64,000 bases of DNA from an uncultured Acidimicrobiales bacterium (GTDB taxonomy: Bacteria > Actinomycetota > Acidimicrobiia > Acidimicrobiales > DATKAS01): assembly GCA_963733765.1 (NCBI GenBank), contig CAVTEI010000003.1, forward strand, positions 501,453-565,452, in the 5' to 3' direction. Both the position numbers and the translations under genes were made by a program. Positions 48,122 through 57,027 of this stretch are shown here, in pieces. Position 1 is the first letter of the stretch, and every line of letters begins with the position of its first letter. The notes beneath the pieces were generated by a model. That model did no database searches. It was not told the origin of the DNA and worked only from the letters and a program-made list of their open reading frames with translations.

Positions 48122-48675
48122 CACGCGGTCCGGATGGCCTCGGCGACCTCGGGCCAGCGAATGCCATCGAGCTCGACGACATCGTGGACAGTGCCACACG
48201 ACCCGCAGCGGCGGAGGTCGACGTCCGCGTTGAAGGCGTTGCACGCGCGCCAATAGGCGTCTTGCGGCAGCTCCTGCTCGGTGTCGAACTCGTCGCGATG
48301 CACCTCGGCGCCGCACGCGGAGCAGAACCACGCCACGGCCTCGAGGCCCGCGTGCAGCGCCTTGTAGCGCACGTGAATCGACGGCTCGTCGGGGCGGATG
48401 CGACTCGCGGTGCCGGCCGGCAGGTAGACGAGGTCACCCGGCTCGAGGCGGTGGTAGCGAACCGGTGAGTGCTCGAGGTCGAGCGTGGCGGTGCCCGACA
48501 CCTGCGCGAGCACGCTGTCGGCCGAGCAGATCAGAAAGAAGGGCTGCGGTCGATCGTTGCGCGAGACGTGCACCTGCGGGTCGCGGCCGTCGACGAGCAC
48601 CGGCAGCTCGTCGTAGGGCCCGCACTCCTTCGCGGCGTCGAACACCTGCACCAGCTTCTTGCGAGTGAGCTCCAT
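48121..48675 (-). CDS. 3-HAO-like cupin, 'A' subunit (iron-ligand residues apparently absent)
   Basis: GPYDELP, DPQVHVSRN..QPFFLIC, PGDLVYLPAGT, WFCSAC...RRCGSC; homologous to the N-half of 39829-41121. Confidence 0.7.
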   Translation of the reverse strand: MELTRKKLVQVFDAAKECGPYDELPVLVDGRDPQVHVSRNDRPQPFFLICSADSVLAQVSGTATLDLEHSPVRYHRLEPGDLVYLPAGTASRIRPDEPSIHVRYKALHAGLEAVAWFCSACGAEVHRDEFDTEQELPQDAYWRACNAFNADVDLRRCGSCGTVHDVVELDGIRWPEVAEAIRTA

Positions 48676-48678
48676 CGG

Positions 48679-49404
48679 TCAGGCCGTCGCTTGCGACTCG
48701 GCCGCCTTTGCCAGGAAGACGGCGCGCGCGTCGTTCACGGTGCGCTGATGCATCGACCACTTCGCCCAGCCCCACTCGTCCATCGGGAACGGCGGGTTCA
48801 GATGGCCGCATTTCCCGCACGTGCGCAGGGACTCATCCGAGTTGAAGCGGGCGACCGGCTCGACCGACTCGTTCAATGTGGGGAACGCGGGGAAGCGATC
48901 CTCGTGGTCCTCAGTGGGGCGATCGGTGAACTCGTGCGCGAAGAGGTGCTCGTGGCACTTCACGCACTTCCAGATCAACCGCTCGGTCTGCGCGTCGGTG
49001 TCGCTCTGCCGCTGCACGATCGTCACGAGCAGGAAGCTGTCGGGCGACTGAGGATCGCGCAGGAAGCTGTTGACGCCGTGCAGGTTCGGCTGCGCCATGA
49101 TGCGACCGGTCTCGAGCAGCGCGCCGTTCGCACCCCACACGAACGTGATCTCGTCGACGGTGTTGAAGTGAAAGAAGTGCCCGACGTCGTAGCCCGGGCC
49201 ACCGCGGAAGAGCGCGCCGGAGTACACGATCGCCCCCGGCCCGTAGTAGGGGAACAGGGGCACGAGTTGGGTGTTCGCGTGCTGCATCCGCTCGTAGACG
49301 TTGACCTTCAGCGGCTCGCGCGCACCGGTCGGCGGTGGGATGCGGTGCTCCTCGGCGGGTGCCGTCGAAGTCCGTGTCATCGAAGCCCGTGTCATCTGCA
49401 CCAT
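48679..49404 (-). CDS. 3-HAO-like cupin, 'B' subunit (H-x5-E...H triad present)
   Basis: EPLKVNVYE, QLVPLFPY, FFHFNTVDE, NLHGV, WKCVKC...RTCGKCGH.NPPFP; homologous to the C-half of 39829-41121. Confidence 0.7.
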   Translation of the reverse strand: MVQMTRASMTRTSTAPAEEHRIPPPTGAREPLKVNVYERMQHANTQLVPLFPYYGPGAIVYSGALFRGGPGYDVGHFFHFNTVDEITFVWGANGALLETGRIMAQPNLHGVNSFLRDPQSPDSFLLVTIVQRQSDTDAQTERLIWKCVKCHEHLFAHEFTDRPTEDHEDRFPAFPTLNESVEPVARFNSDESLRTCGKCGHLNPPFPMDEWGWAKWSMHQRTVNDARAVFLAKAAESQATA

Positions 49405-49429
49405 GGGTTCCCCCTCGGGCCGTGAGCTG

Positions 49430-49465
49430 TCCTGATTGTCAGGATGTCTCTCTTGTATTTCAGCA
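49430..49465. promoter_or_regulatory. Tandem operator pair D, including the perfect palindrome TCCTGA-TTG-TCAGGA
   Basis: TCCTGATTGTCAGGA (49430) and TCTTGTATTTCAGCA (49451), 21-bp period. Confidence 0.75.
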
Positions 49466-49494
49466 CTCGTGGGTGGAACGTGCAACGCCCGAGG

Positions 49495-50289
49495 TCAGCC
49501 GATCTCGGCAAGGCGATCGGTCACGCGTTTCGCCGCCGCCTGCGCGGCCTGAATGACCGCGGGAAAGTCGTCCTCTGTGATTTCGAACGCCAGGCACGCC
49601 ACGCTGATACCGGCGGTCAACTTGCCGTCAGGCCCGAAGACCGGGGCGGCCACCCCTCGCACGCCGACGTCGCGCTCGCCATTGCTCAGGGCATAGCCGC
49701 GCTCTCGAATGTCAGCGAGTTCGCGGCGCAGATCATCCGGATCGGTGATCGTCGTGGCGGTGAAGCGCTCGAACGGCGCAAGCGAATCGACGACGCGGTC
49801 GGCGTCCTCTTCGTACGCGAGCAGCACCTTCGCCGGCGCTCCCGCGTGCAAGGGGAGCAGGTGGCCTCTCTCGTAGCTCAGCCGGATGGGCCGGGCGATC
49901 TCGACGCGCTCGACGCACACCGCCATGTTCCCGGAGCGTCGGGTGAGGAGCACCGTCTCGTCGACCTCACGGGCGAGGTCGCGCATGATCGGCAGCGCGA
50001 TCTCAGAAAGGCCGAGTCCCTCACGCGCGATGCGAGCGAGCTCGAACACGCGCGATCCGAGCCGAAAGCCACCCCGCACGGCGTCTTCCTCGAGGAGGTT
50101 CGACGTCCGCAGGCTCTGCAGGTAGCGATAGGTCGTGCTGCGCGACATCCCGAGCCGCTCGGCGATGTCACCCGCCGAGAGGACCGGCGTGTTCAGGTCG
50201 AACAGGAAGAGCACGTCGATCGCACGATCAGCGGTGCTGTTGCGCCCCGTCGTGGATGCTCCCGTTTCACTGGGCACCTGTCCCATCAT
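49495..50289 (-). CDS. IclR-family transcriptional regulator
   Basis: ADRAIDVL, IAERLGMSRSTTYRYL, PLHAGAPAKVLLA, IRERGYA....E...GVRGVAAPVF. Confidence 0.95.
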   Translation of the reverse strand: MMGQVPSETGASTTGRNSTADRAIDVLFLFDLNTPVLSAGDIAERLGMSRSTTYRYLQSLRTSNLLEEDAVRGGFRLGSRVFELARIAREGLGLSEIALPIMRDLAREVDETVLLTRRSGNMAVCVERVEIARPIRLSYERGHLLPLHAGAPAKVLLAYEEDADRVVDSLAPFERFTATTITDPDDLRRELADIRERGYALSNGERDVGVRGVAAPVFGPDGKLTAGISVACLAFEITEDDFPAVIQAAQAAAKRVTDRLAEIG

Positions 50290-50316
50290 ATGGGTCAGCC
50301 ATCTGGGCGAGCATCT

Positions 50317-50363
50317 TCACGATATTCAGGACGCTTGACCCGTTTTTCGGGAGTCGTTACCGT
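50317..50363 (+). promoter_or_regulatory. Promoter TTGACC-N17-TACCGT overlapped by tandem operator pair E
   Basis: Boxes TCACGATATTCAGGA (50317) and ACCCGTTTTTCGGGA (50338); nearly identical to 38471-38502; GAGGAGG RBS downstream. Confidence 0.8.
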
Positions 50364-50385
50364 GAGATCGACCTGAGGAGGATCG

Positions 50386-51459
50386 ATGGAGTTCGGTGTG
50401 CAGTTCTTCCCATCGGTCGGGCCCGAGACGACGCCGGCGAGCCAGTACTTCGCGGAGGCGCTCCGGCTCACCGAGCAATCGGAGGCCCTCGGGTTCACGA
50501 ATGTCCGCACTGTCGAGCACTACTTCCATCACTACGGCGGATACTCGCCGAACCCGCTCATCTTCCTCGCGGCCGCGGCAGAGCGCACGACGACGATGCG
50601 TCTCATCACCGGCGCGGTGCTCCCCGTCTTCAACCACCCCCTGAAGCTCGCCGGCGAGATCGGCATGCTCGACGCGATCTCGGGCGGTCGACTCGAGGTC
50701 GGCTTCGCACGCGCGTTCCTGCCGCACGAGTTCCAACGCTTCGGGGTGAGCCTCGACGAGAGCCGCGAGCGCTTCGACGAGGGCATCGCGATCGTCGACC
50801 GCCTGCTCTGCGAGGAAGACGTCGCGTTCGAAGGTCGGTTCCACCGCTTTCCCGCAACGACCTCACTGCCCCGGCCGACCCAACAGCCGCGGCCTCCGTT
50901 CTGGGTTGCCGCGCTCGCGACTGAGGCCTCGTTCGTCAGCGCCGGCACGCACGGCTACTCGATCATGGCGATCCCGCTCGCCGGCGCGAAGCTCGCGTCC
51001 CTGCTGTCGGCCTACCGAGACGCTTGGCGCAGCGCCGGTCATCCCGGTGATGGGCGAGTGATGCTCGCGTTCCACATGCTCTGCCACGATGACGAAGCAA
51101 CCGCGCACGATCTCGCTCGCGACCTCATCAATCAGTACCTCGCGAGCCTCGTCGACGGCGCGAGCGGTTGGCTCGACGGCTCGAGCTCGGACGACTACCC
51201 CGGGTACGACGCGATCATCCGAGGCCTCAAGGCCGACTCATTCGAGTCGCAGCTCGCGCAGGGCGCAGTGTGGGTCGGCTCCCCCGACTCGATCTCCGAG
51301 CAGATCGCCGCGTACGCCGAGGCCGTCGGGGGATTCGAGATCGCCTCGATGCAAGTGAACTTCGCGGGCCTTCCCTATGAGGTCGCCACCCGCTCGCTCG
51401 AGCTCTTCGGGCGCGAGGTCTTGCCGAAGTTCAGCCCGCTCGCTGTCACGACGCCGTGA
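50386..51459 (+). CDS. LLM-class (luciferase-like) flavin-dependent oxidoreductase/monooxygenase
   Basis: VEHYFH.YGGYSPNP, LDAISGGRLEVG, PRPTQQPRPPFWVA, LELFGREVLP. Confidence 0.9.
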   Translation: MEFGVQFFPSVGPETTPASQYFAEALRLTEQSEALGFTNVRTVEHYFHHYGGYSPNPLIFLAAAAERTTTMRLITGAVLPVFNHPLKLAGEIGMLDAISGGRLEVGFARAFLPHEFQRFGVSLDESRERFDEGIAIVDRLLCEEDVAFEGRFHRFPATTSLPRPTQQPRPPFWVAALATEASFVSAGTHGYSIMAIPLAGAKLASLLSAYRDAWRSAGHPGDGRVMLAFHMLCHDDEATAHDLARDLINQYLASLVDGASGWLDGSSSDDYPGYDAIIRGLKADSFESQLAQGAVWVGSPDSISEQIAAYAEAVGGFEIASMQVNFAGLPYEVATRSLELFGREVLPKFSPLAVTTP

Positions 51460-52343
51460 AGCTGGCGCTCTTCGACGACTGGCGGCTCGGAGTTGTCGAT
51501 GCTGACGCGCAGATGATCTGGGACGTGACTGACGGACTCACCGGACCGCGCGATCCCGATCCCTTTGGCGCCGGATGGTGGGTGCGCATGTGCCGCGACT
51601 TCGACCGGGTGCGGCCGAAGATCGATCGCTTGGTCGCGTCGAGCGACGCCCGTCCGCTCGGCGATGTCACGCTCCGTGCCCCCGTGCTGAACCCCGGCAA
51701 GGTGCTCGCGACCGCATCGAACTACGGCGAGCATGTCGCCGAGATGCGCGAGGTCGTCCTGGACCGCGTGGCTGGGCACGTGGACGGATGGCTCTTGAGC
51801 TTCGACGTGTTTCTGAAAGCGCCTTCGTCGATCGTCGGTCCGGGCGACGCGGTGATCCTCCCCGCCTCGGAAGTCGAGAACGGCCGCGAGATCCACCACG
51901 AGAGCGAGCTGGCGGTGGTCATCGGCCGGGAGGCCTCGCACATCCCTGAGGCGGATGCCCTCGAGCACGTGCTCGGCTACACGGTCGCTCTCGACATGAC
52001 GGTGCGCGGCGAGGGCGATCGCTCGCGTCGCAAGAGCTACGACACGTTCACTCCGATCGGACCATGGTTGGTCACGAGCGACGAGATCGGCGACCCGGGT
52101 GGGCTCGACGTTCGCCTCGACGTCGATGGCGAGTGCCGGCAACGAGCACGTACCGGCGACATGCTCGTCAGCGTTGCTGGGATCATCTCGTACGCGTCTG
52201 CGGTGATGCGCCTCGATCCCGGTGATGTCATCCTCACGGGCGCACCCCCCGGAGTCGGCGAGGTGCACGCGGGAGAGGTGATGGTGTCGCACATCAGCGG
52301 CATCGGCACGATGCGCAACCCAGTGCAGATAGGAGCGCGATGA
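51456..52343 (+). CDS. Fumarylacetoacetate hydrolase family protein
   Basis: NYGEH, FLKAPSS, HHESEL, RKSYDTFTPIGPW, PGDVILTG.P.GV. Confidence 0.92.
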   Translation: MKLALFDDWRLGVVDADAQMIWDVTDGLTGPRDPDPFGAGWWVRMCRDFDRVRPKIDRLVASSDARPLGDVTLRAPVLNPGKVLATASNYGEHVAEMREVVLDRVAGHVDGWLLSFDVFLKAPSSIVGPGDAVILPASEVENGREIHHESELAVVIGREASHIPEADALEHVLGYTVALDMTVRGEGDRSRRKSYDTFTPIGPWLVTSDEIGDPGGLDVRLDVDGECRQRARTGDMLVSVAGIISYASAVMRLDPGDVILTGAPPGVGEVHAGEVMVSHISGIGTMRNPVQIGAR

Positions 52344-53443
52344 ACGGCCCCCGAGACGACCCCCGAGACCTGCAAGACCGGCTCGACTCCTTCTACGCCG
52401 ACCTCGCATCGGTCGACCTCCAACCCCTCTGGACCCAGACCAAGAACCTGCTTCCGGCGTTCCCCGCTCCCGCCGCCATCCCGTGGTTGTGGCAGGGGGC
52501 GACGCTCCGCGCGCTCGCGGCGCAAGCACGCGACCTCATCACGATCGAACGCGGCGGCGAACGACGCGTGCTCGCCCTCGCGAACCCCGGGCTCGGCGGC
52601 GCGCCGTTTGCGACGCCGACGCTCTGGGGCGCGATCCAAGCTCTCGGTCCGCACGAACGCGCTCCCGCGCATCGCCACACGGCCTCAGCGATTCGCTTCG
52701 TCCTCGAGGGCGACGGCGTGTGGACAACTGTCGACGGCGACGCGTGCCGCATGCATCCGGGCGACCTCGTGCTGACCCCCGCGTGGACATTCCACGACCA
52801 CACGAACGAGGGCGACGAAGCCATGACCTGGTTCGACGGCCTCGACCTCCCCCTCGTCAACACCCTCGATGCCGTCTTCTACGAGAACCATCCCGACTTC
52901 AACCAGCCGGTGCGGGGATACGACCTGTCGGAGCAGACCTATGCCGGCAGCGGCCTTCTGCCGTACGGAACGTCGAACGACGCGCCCCACTCGCCGCTCC
53001 TCGTGTACCGGTGGGCACAGAGCGACGCGATGCTCGCCCGCCTGCTGGCCTCCAACGGAGGGGTCATGGCGAGCATCGAGTTCGCCGACCCCACCTCGGG
53101 CGGACCGGCGCTGCCGACGATGACCTGCGCGCTGCACCGCGTTGTTCCCGGCGGGCGGTCCATCGCGACTCGCAAGTCCGGCAGCTCGATCTTCGTGGTG
53201 TATCGCGGTGCCGGCCGAAGCGTGATTGATGGACAGGCCTTCGACTGGACTGCGGGCGACATGTTCGTCGTTCCGTCGTGGAAGTCCGTCGACCACGAGG
53301 CGGAGACGACCAGCGAGCTGTTCGAGGTGAGCGACGAAGCCGCGCTCCGCGCGTTGCGCCTGTTCCGCAGCGAGACGGTCGACGAGCCTCAGGACGTGAA
53401 GGCCGTCTTCCGACCCCGGGCCCTCGAAGCGATCAGGACGTGA
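52340..53443 (+). CDS. Gentisate/salicylate 1,2-dioxygenase-family bicupin
   Basis: ERRVLALANPGL, APAHRHTASAIRF, GDLVLTP.W..HDH, WFDGLD.P, GDMFVVPSW. Confidence 0.88.
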   Translation: MNGPRDDPRDLQDRLDSFYADLASVDLQPLWTQTKNLLPAFPAPAAIPWLWQGATLRALAAQARDLITIERGGERRVLALANPGLGGAPFATPTLWGAIQALGPHERAPAHRHTASAIRFVLEGDGVWTTVDGDACRMHPGDLVLTPAWTFHDHTNEGDEAMTWFDGLDLPLVNTLDAVFYENHPDFNQPVRGYDLSEQTYAGSGLLPYGTSNDAPHSPLLVYRWAQSDAMLARLLASNGGVMASIEFADPTSGGPALPTMTCALHRVVPGGRSIATRKSGSSIFVVYRGAGRSVIDGQAFDWTAGDMFVVPSWKSVDHEAETTSELFEVSDEAALRALRLFRSETVDEPQDVKAVFRPRALEAIRT

Positions 53444-54135
53444 CCCAAGCGATCGACGAGGTGGTGCGGGCAAACCGCGCCCTCGCTGCGGCTGGACAGT
53501 CCGATCTGATCTGGGGACACGCGTCGGTTCGTGACCCCGCGGGCCGAGGCGTGTGGATGAAGGCAGCCGGCTGGGGCTTCGAGGAGGTGACGGCGGAGCG
53601 AGTCGTGCTCGTGTCCGACGATGGTGAGGTGCTCGCCGGCACCGGCGCGCGCCACATCGAGTACCCGATCCACAGCGAGGTGATGAAGCGACGCCCCGAT
53701 GTCGGCGCCGTGGTTCACACCCACGCCCTGTCGGCGGTGGCGTTCGCATCACTCGACGTGCCCCTGCGCGCGCTGTCCCACGATGGGGCGTGGTTCGCGG
53801 AGCCCGACATCCCGAGGTTCCGCGCCTCTGGGAGCTTGGTCCGGACAGCGGAGCTCGGCGCGGCGCTGGCCTGTGCGGTCGGCGACGGACCCGGGTGCCT
53901 CATCCCGAACCACGGGCTCGTGACGGTCGGCGCATCGGTCGCACAGGCCGTGATGGGCGCTGTCGTCCTCGAGCGCGCCTGCAAGGTGCAGCTCGCGGCG
54001 ATGGCCGCCGGCGGGCCGCAGGTGTGGTCGGACAAAGAGGAAGTCGAGCTCAAGCAGCGCGAGGTGTGGACGCCGGAACAGATCAGCGCCGGCTTCGACT
54101 ACCTGTGCCGCGCTGCGGACGCCGGCCGCAGCTAA
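53440..54135 (+). CDS. Class II aldolase/adducin-family Zn protein
   Basis: WGHAS.R, EYPIHSE, VVHTH, NHG. Confidence 0.88.
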   Translation: MTQAIDEVVRANRALAAAGQSDLIWGHASVRDPAGRGVWMKAAGWGFEEVTAERVVLVSDDGEVLAGTGARHIEYPIHSEVMKRRPDVGAVVHTHALSAVAFASLDVPLRALSHDGAWFAEPDIPRFRASGSLVRTAELGAALACAVGDGPGCLIPNHGLVTVGASVAQAVMGAVVLERACKVQLAAMAAGGPQVWSDKEEVELKQREVWTPEQISAGFDYLCRAADAGRS

Positions 54136-55781
54136 CGCCGCGTCTCGACGAGCTCGTGTTCGAACGCGAACGCCGTGGCGCCGGAGCGCGATGTGACACC
54201 GATCTTCGTGAATATGTTGGAGAGGTGGCGTGAGACCGTCTTGACGCTGAGGTAGAGCTCACTGGCGATCTCGCTGTTCGACTTCCCCGCGGCAATCAGC
54301 CGCAGCACTTCGACCTCTCGTTCGGTGAGCCCCGCCGGCAGCGACCGCCGCTTCTCGACCAGCAGCCGAGAGTCGAGGGACGCGCCGATGTGGTCGAAGA
54401 GCGACGCGGCGGCGGTGAACGATTCCGTCGCCCCGGCTTCGTCGCCCGTCGCGCGCAGTGCCTGGCCGAGAAGGGTGCGCACGGTGGCGACCTCGTAAGG
54501 CACGTCGAGCGCGACCCAGCACTCGAGCGCACCCTGCAGGCTCGTGCGCGCCGCCTCGGCATCGCCCTGCGCGAGCTCGACACGTCCTCGGGTGGACAAC
54601 ACGGTCGCCGTGAGCAAGGGCGTGCCGAACGCGGCGGCGATCCCCTCGAGCTCGACGAGCCTGTCGTGGGCGGCATCGAGGTCGTCCGCCGCAATCGCGA
54701 CGTGGACGTAGATGGGCAACAGGGCCGAGCGAGCGAGCCGATTTGTCGTCTCCCGCAGGCACGCGGTCACGATCGCCATCGCGGAGCCCGTGCGACCCTG
54801 GGCCAAGCGCAGCAGCGCGAGCTCAGCGCACGGTCGGCCGCACAGCGCTTGTGCGCGCTCGAACGCCTCCTCGGCCCGGTCGAGCTGGCCGAGGCGGCGC
54901 CGAATGTCGCCGACCTCGGCGTGGGCGACCGCGCTGTTGCCGATGTGGCTCCCGATCAGCTCGTCGCAGGCCTGCAACGCTTCGCGTTCGGCGGCGGCGA
55001 ACTCGCCGCGGCGTTTGAGCACCACCGCCCGATGAACTCGACAGATCCCAGGGAATATCGCGAAGGGATGGTCCTGCGCCCAACGCATGGTGGCCTCGGT
55101 CCACTCCGACGCGCGGTCGAGATCACCGAGCTCTTCACAGGCGCTGATGAGGCTGCAGTACACCTTGCCCGTGGAATACGGCCCGAGGCGCCCTTCCACC
55201 GCGAAGAGCATCGCCTCGTCGAGGTGTGCCATCCCCTCGGTGACCTCACCTCGATCGATCAGGATCCGGCCCACCGTCTGGAGCGCCTCGGCCTCGAGAT
55301 CGGGTGACCGGAGGCGGCGGCCGAGCGCGATCACCGGTGTCGCGAGCGCTATCGCGGCGGGGAGGTCTCCACCGCCGTGCGCGGTCTCGGCTTCCCGGAG
55401 CATCAAGGCCCCGTGCTCGACGCACTCGGTGTCGCTGTCGAGGGAGCGCCGCGCCCGTCGGAGCCACGCCTGTGCCACCGACGGACGCGCGCCGATGGCA
55501 TGGTGCTCCCACAACCACACCGCGCACTGCCCGGCTCGGCGCTGGTCTCCGAGTTCGTCATAGGCGCGGTAGGCGCGCTCGCGCGCCTCGATGCATTCGT
55601 TCAGACGGCCGAGCCACCACGCAGCTTCCGCGATGAGATCGGCCCTCTCCGCCTCGAGCTCCAACGAGTCGACCGTGGCTGCGGACGCGGCGTCGAACGC
55701 CGCCTGCCAGTCGTGCCGCGACAGCGCCTCTCGGGCATCGACCAGCATCGGACGAAACCTAGCCATCGGCGATGAGGCCAC
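54132..55781 (-). CDS. Large LuxR-family regulator (TPR-like region + C-terminal HTH)
   Basis: GLTEREVEVLRLIA.GKSN.EIA.ELYLSVKTV.RHLSNIF.K. Confidence 0.9.
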   Translation of the reverse strand: MASSPMARFRPMLVDAREALSRHDWQAAFDAASAATVDSLELEAERADLIAEAAWWLGRLNECIEARERAYRAYDELGDQRRAGQCAVWLWEHHAIGARPSVAQAWLRRARRSLDSDTECVEHGALMLREAETAHGGGDLPAAIALATPVIALGRRLRSPDLEAEALQTVGRILIDRGEVTEGMAHLDEAMLFAVEGRLGPYSTGKVYCSLISACEELGDLDRASEWTEATMRWAQDHPFAIFPGICRVHRAVVLKRRGEFAAAEREALQACDELIGSHIGNSAVAHAEVGDIRRRLGQLDRAEEAFERAQALCGRPCAELALLRLAQGRTGSAMAIVTACLRETTNRLARSALLPIYVHVAIAADDLDAAHDRLVELEGIAAAFGTPLLTATVLSTRGRVELAQGDAEAARTSLQGALECWVALDVPYEVATVRTLLGQALRATGDEAGATESFTAAASLFDHIGASLDSRLLVEKRRSLPAGLTEREVEVLRLIAAGKSNSEIASELYLSVKTVSRHLSNIFTKIGVTSRSGATAFAFEHELVETRR

Positions 55782-55784
55782 CGG

Positions 55785-56156
55785 TCAGCCGAGCGGCAGG
55801 AGCTGCGCGCCCACATGCTCGAGCACCGGCCGCAGCTCCTCGGCCGGGCTGAACTCGACGAACGTGACGCCTTCGTCTGTCCAACCTGTGTGGCCGCCCG
55901 GCCAGTAGTACATCTCGCCGGCGCGGCTGAGCTCCTCGCTTCCGTCGACGTAGCGGAGGTGCATCGAGCCGGAGATCACGTAGCCCCAGTGCGGGCAGTT
56001 GCACACATCGCCCGGGAGCCCCTTCAACAGTGGAGTGAAGTCGGCGCCCGGGGGCAACGTGAGGTGACGGACGAGCTGGCCGCCCCAATCCTCGCCTCGG
56101 GTCACGATGTCGCCTACCTCGAGCTCGATCGCGAGGTGGTTCTCGGAAGCGTGCAT
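55785..56156 (-). CDS. Small cupin-domain protein
   Basis: LLKGLP.D.CNCPHWGYVISG, YYWPGGH, VEFSP; GGAGG RBS. Confidence 0.8.
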   Translation of the reverse strand: MHASENHLAIELEVGDIVTRGEDWGGQLVRHLTLPPGADFTPLLKGLPGDVCNCPHWGYVISGSMHLRYVDGSEELSRAGEMYYWPGGHTGWTDEGVTFVEFSPAEELRPVLEHVGAQLLPLG

Positions 56157-56277
56157 GGCATGTCCTCCCGTTCGAGCGGACCAGGATGATCCTGGCGCCG
56201 CTCCCCAATCGTCCTCCTCACCACTCCCGGTCGCATCGACCGCCGCCACCAACGTCGTGTCTGTTGCCTCGCCGCTG

Positions 56278-56295
56278 ATGGGGTGTTCGTCCCAT
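56278..56295. promoter_or_regulatory. Inverted repeat ATGGG-N8-CCCAT, candidate LuxR-type site
   Basis: In the roughly 310-bp divergent gap; a related ATGGGG box lies near 56323. Confidence 0.35.
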
Positions 56296-56469
56296 TCGGG
56301 CGCGGTCGCGGCACCGTGAGAAATGGGGCACACGGCGGACGCCGAGCGAGCGCCGTTCCCGGATGATCGAGCCGTGACCAACGACAACCGAACCGACGTG
56401 ATCGGGCTGATCGAGATCGGCCGCGACCGCGAGGCCGCCCACCGCGGAGCGCTCAAAGACGGAGGACCC

Positions 56470-57027
56470 ATGGAGCCCTTGACCCAGCTCAGCCAGCTCG
56501 CGCCGCTCCTCAGCGGTGTGGTCGCGGGCGTGAAGCCCGACCAGCTCGACCTGCCCACGCCGTGCGCCGAGTTCAGCGTGCGCGGGGTGTTCGAACACAT
56601 GATCGATGGAGCGACCGCGTTCGCCGCCGCCTACCGGGGCGAGGCCCCGTCGGAGCCCGACGTGAGCGATGTCCTCGCGGGCTTCGGGCCGGCGTTGCAG
56701 AACCTCGGAGCGGCGATGAGTGCACCCGGCGCTCTCGACAAGACCGTCGCGGCTCCCTTCGGGGACGTGCCGGGCGAGACCTTCGCCCGCTTCGTCGTGC
56801 TGGACGGCCTCGTACACGGCTGGGACATCGCTACCGCGACCGGTCAGACGTATGACCCGAGCGATGAGCTGGTCGCGGCGGCCGACGCATTCGCCCATCA
56901 AGCGCTCGATCCCTTGCGCGACGGCACGACCTTCGCCGCCGCAGTCCAACCCGCCACCGACGCGTCGCCCATCGAGCGACTCGCCGCCTACACCGGACGT
57001 CATCTCTTGACAGGAGCAACCCGATGA
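56470..57027 (+). CDS. TIGR03086-like DinB/MDMPI metal-binding protein
   Basis: PTPCAEFSVRGVFEH, VHGWDIATATGQ, RLAAYTGR; GGAGG RBS. Confidence 0.85.
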   Translation: MEPLTQLSQLAPLLSGVVAGVKPDQLDLPTPCAEFSVRGVFEHMIDGATAFAAAYRGEAPSEPDVSDVLAGFGPALQNLGAAMSAPGALDKTVAAPFGDVPGETFARFVVLDGLVHGWDIATATGQTYDPSDELVAAADAFAHQALDPLRDGTTFAAAVQPATDASPIERLAAYTGRHLLTGATR

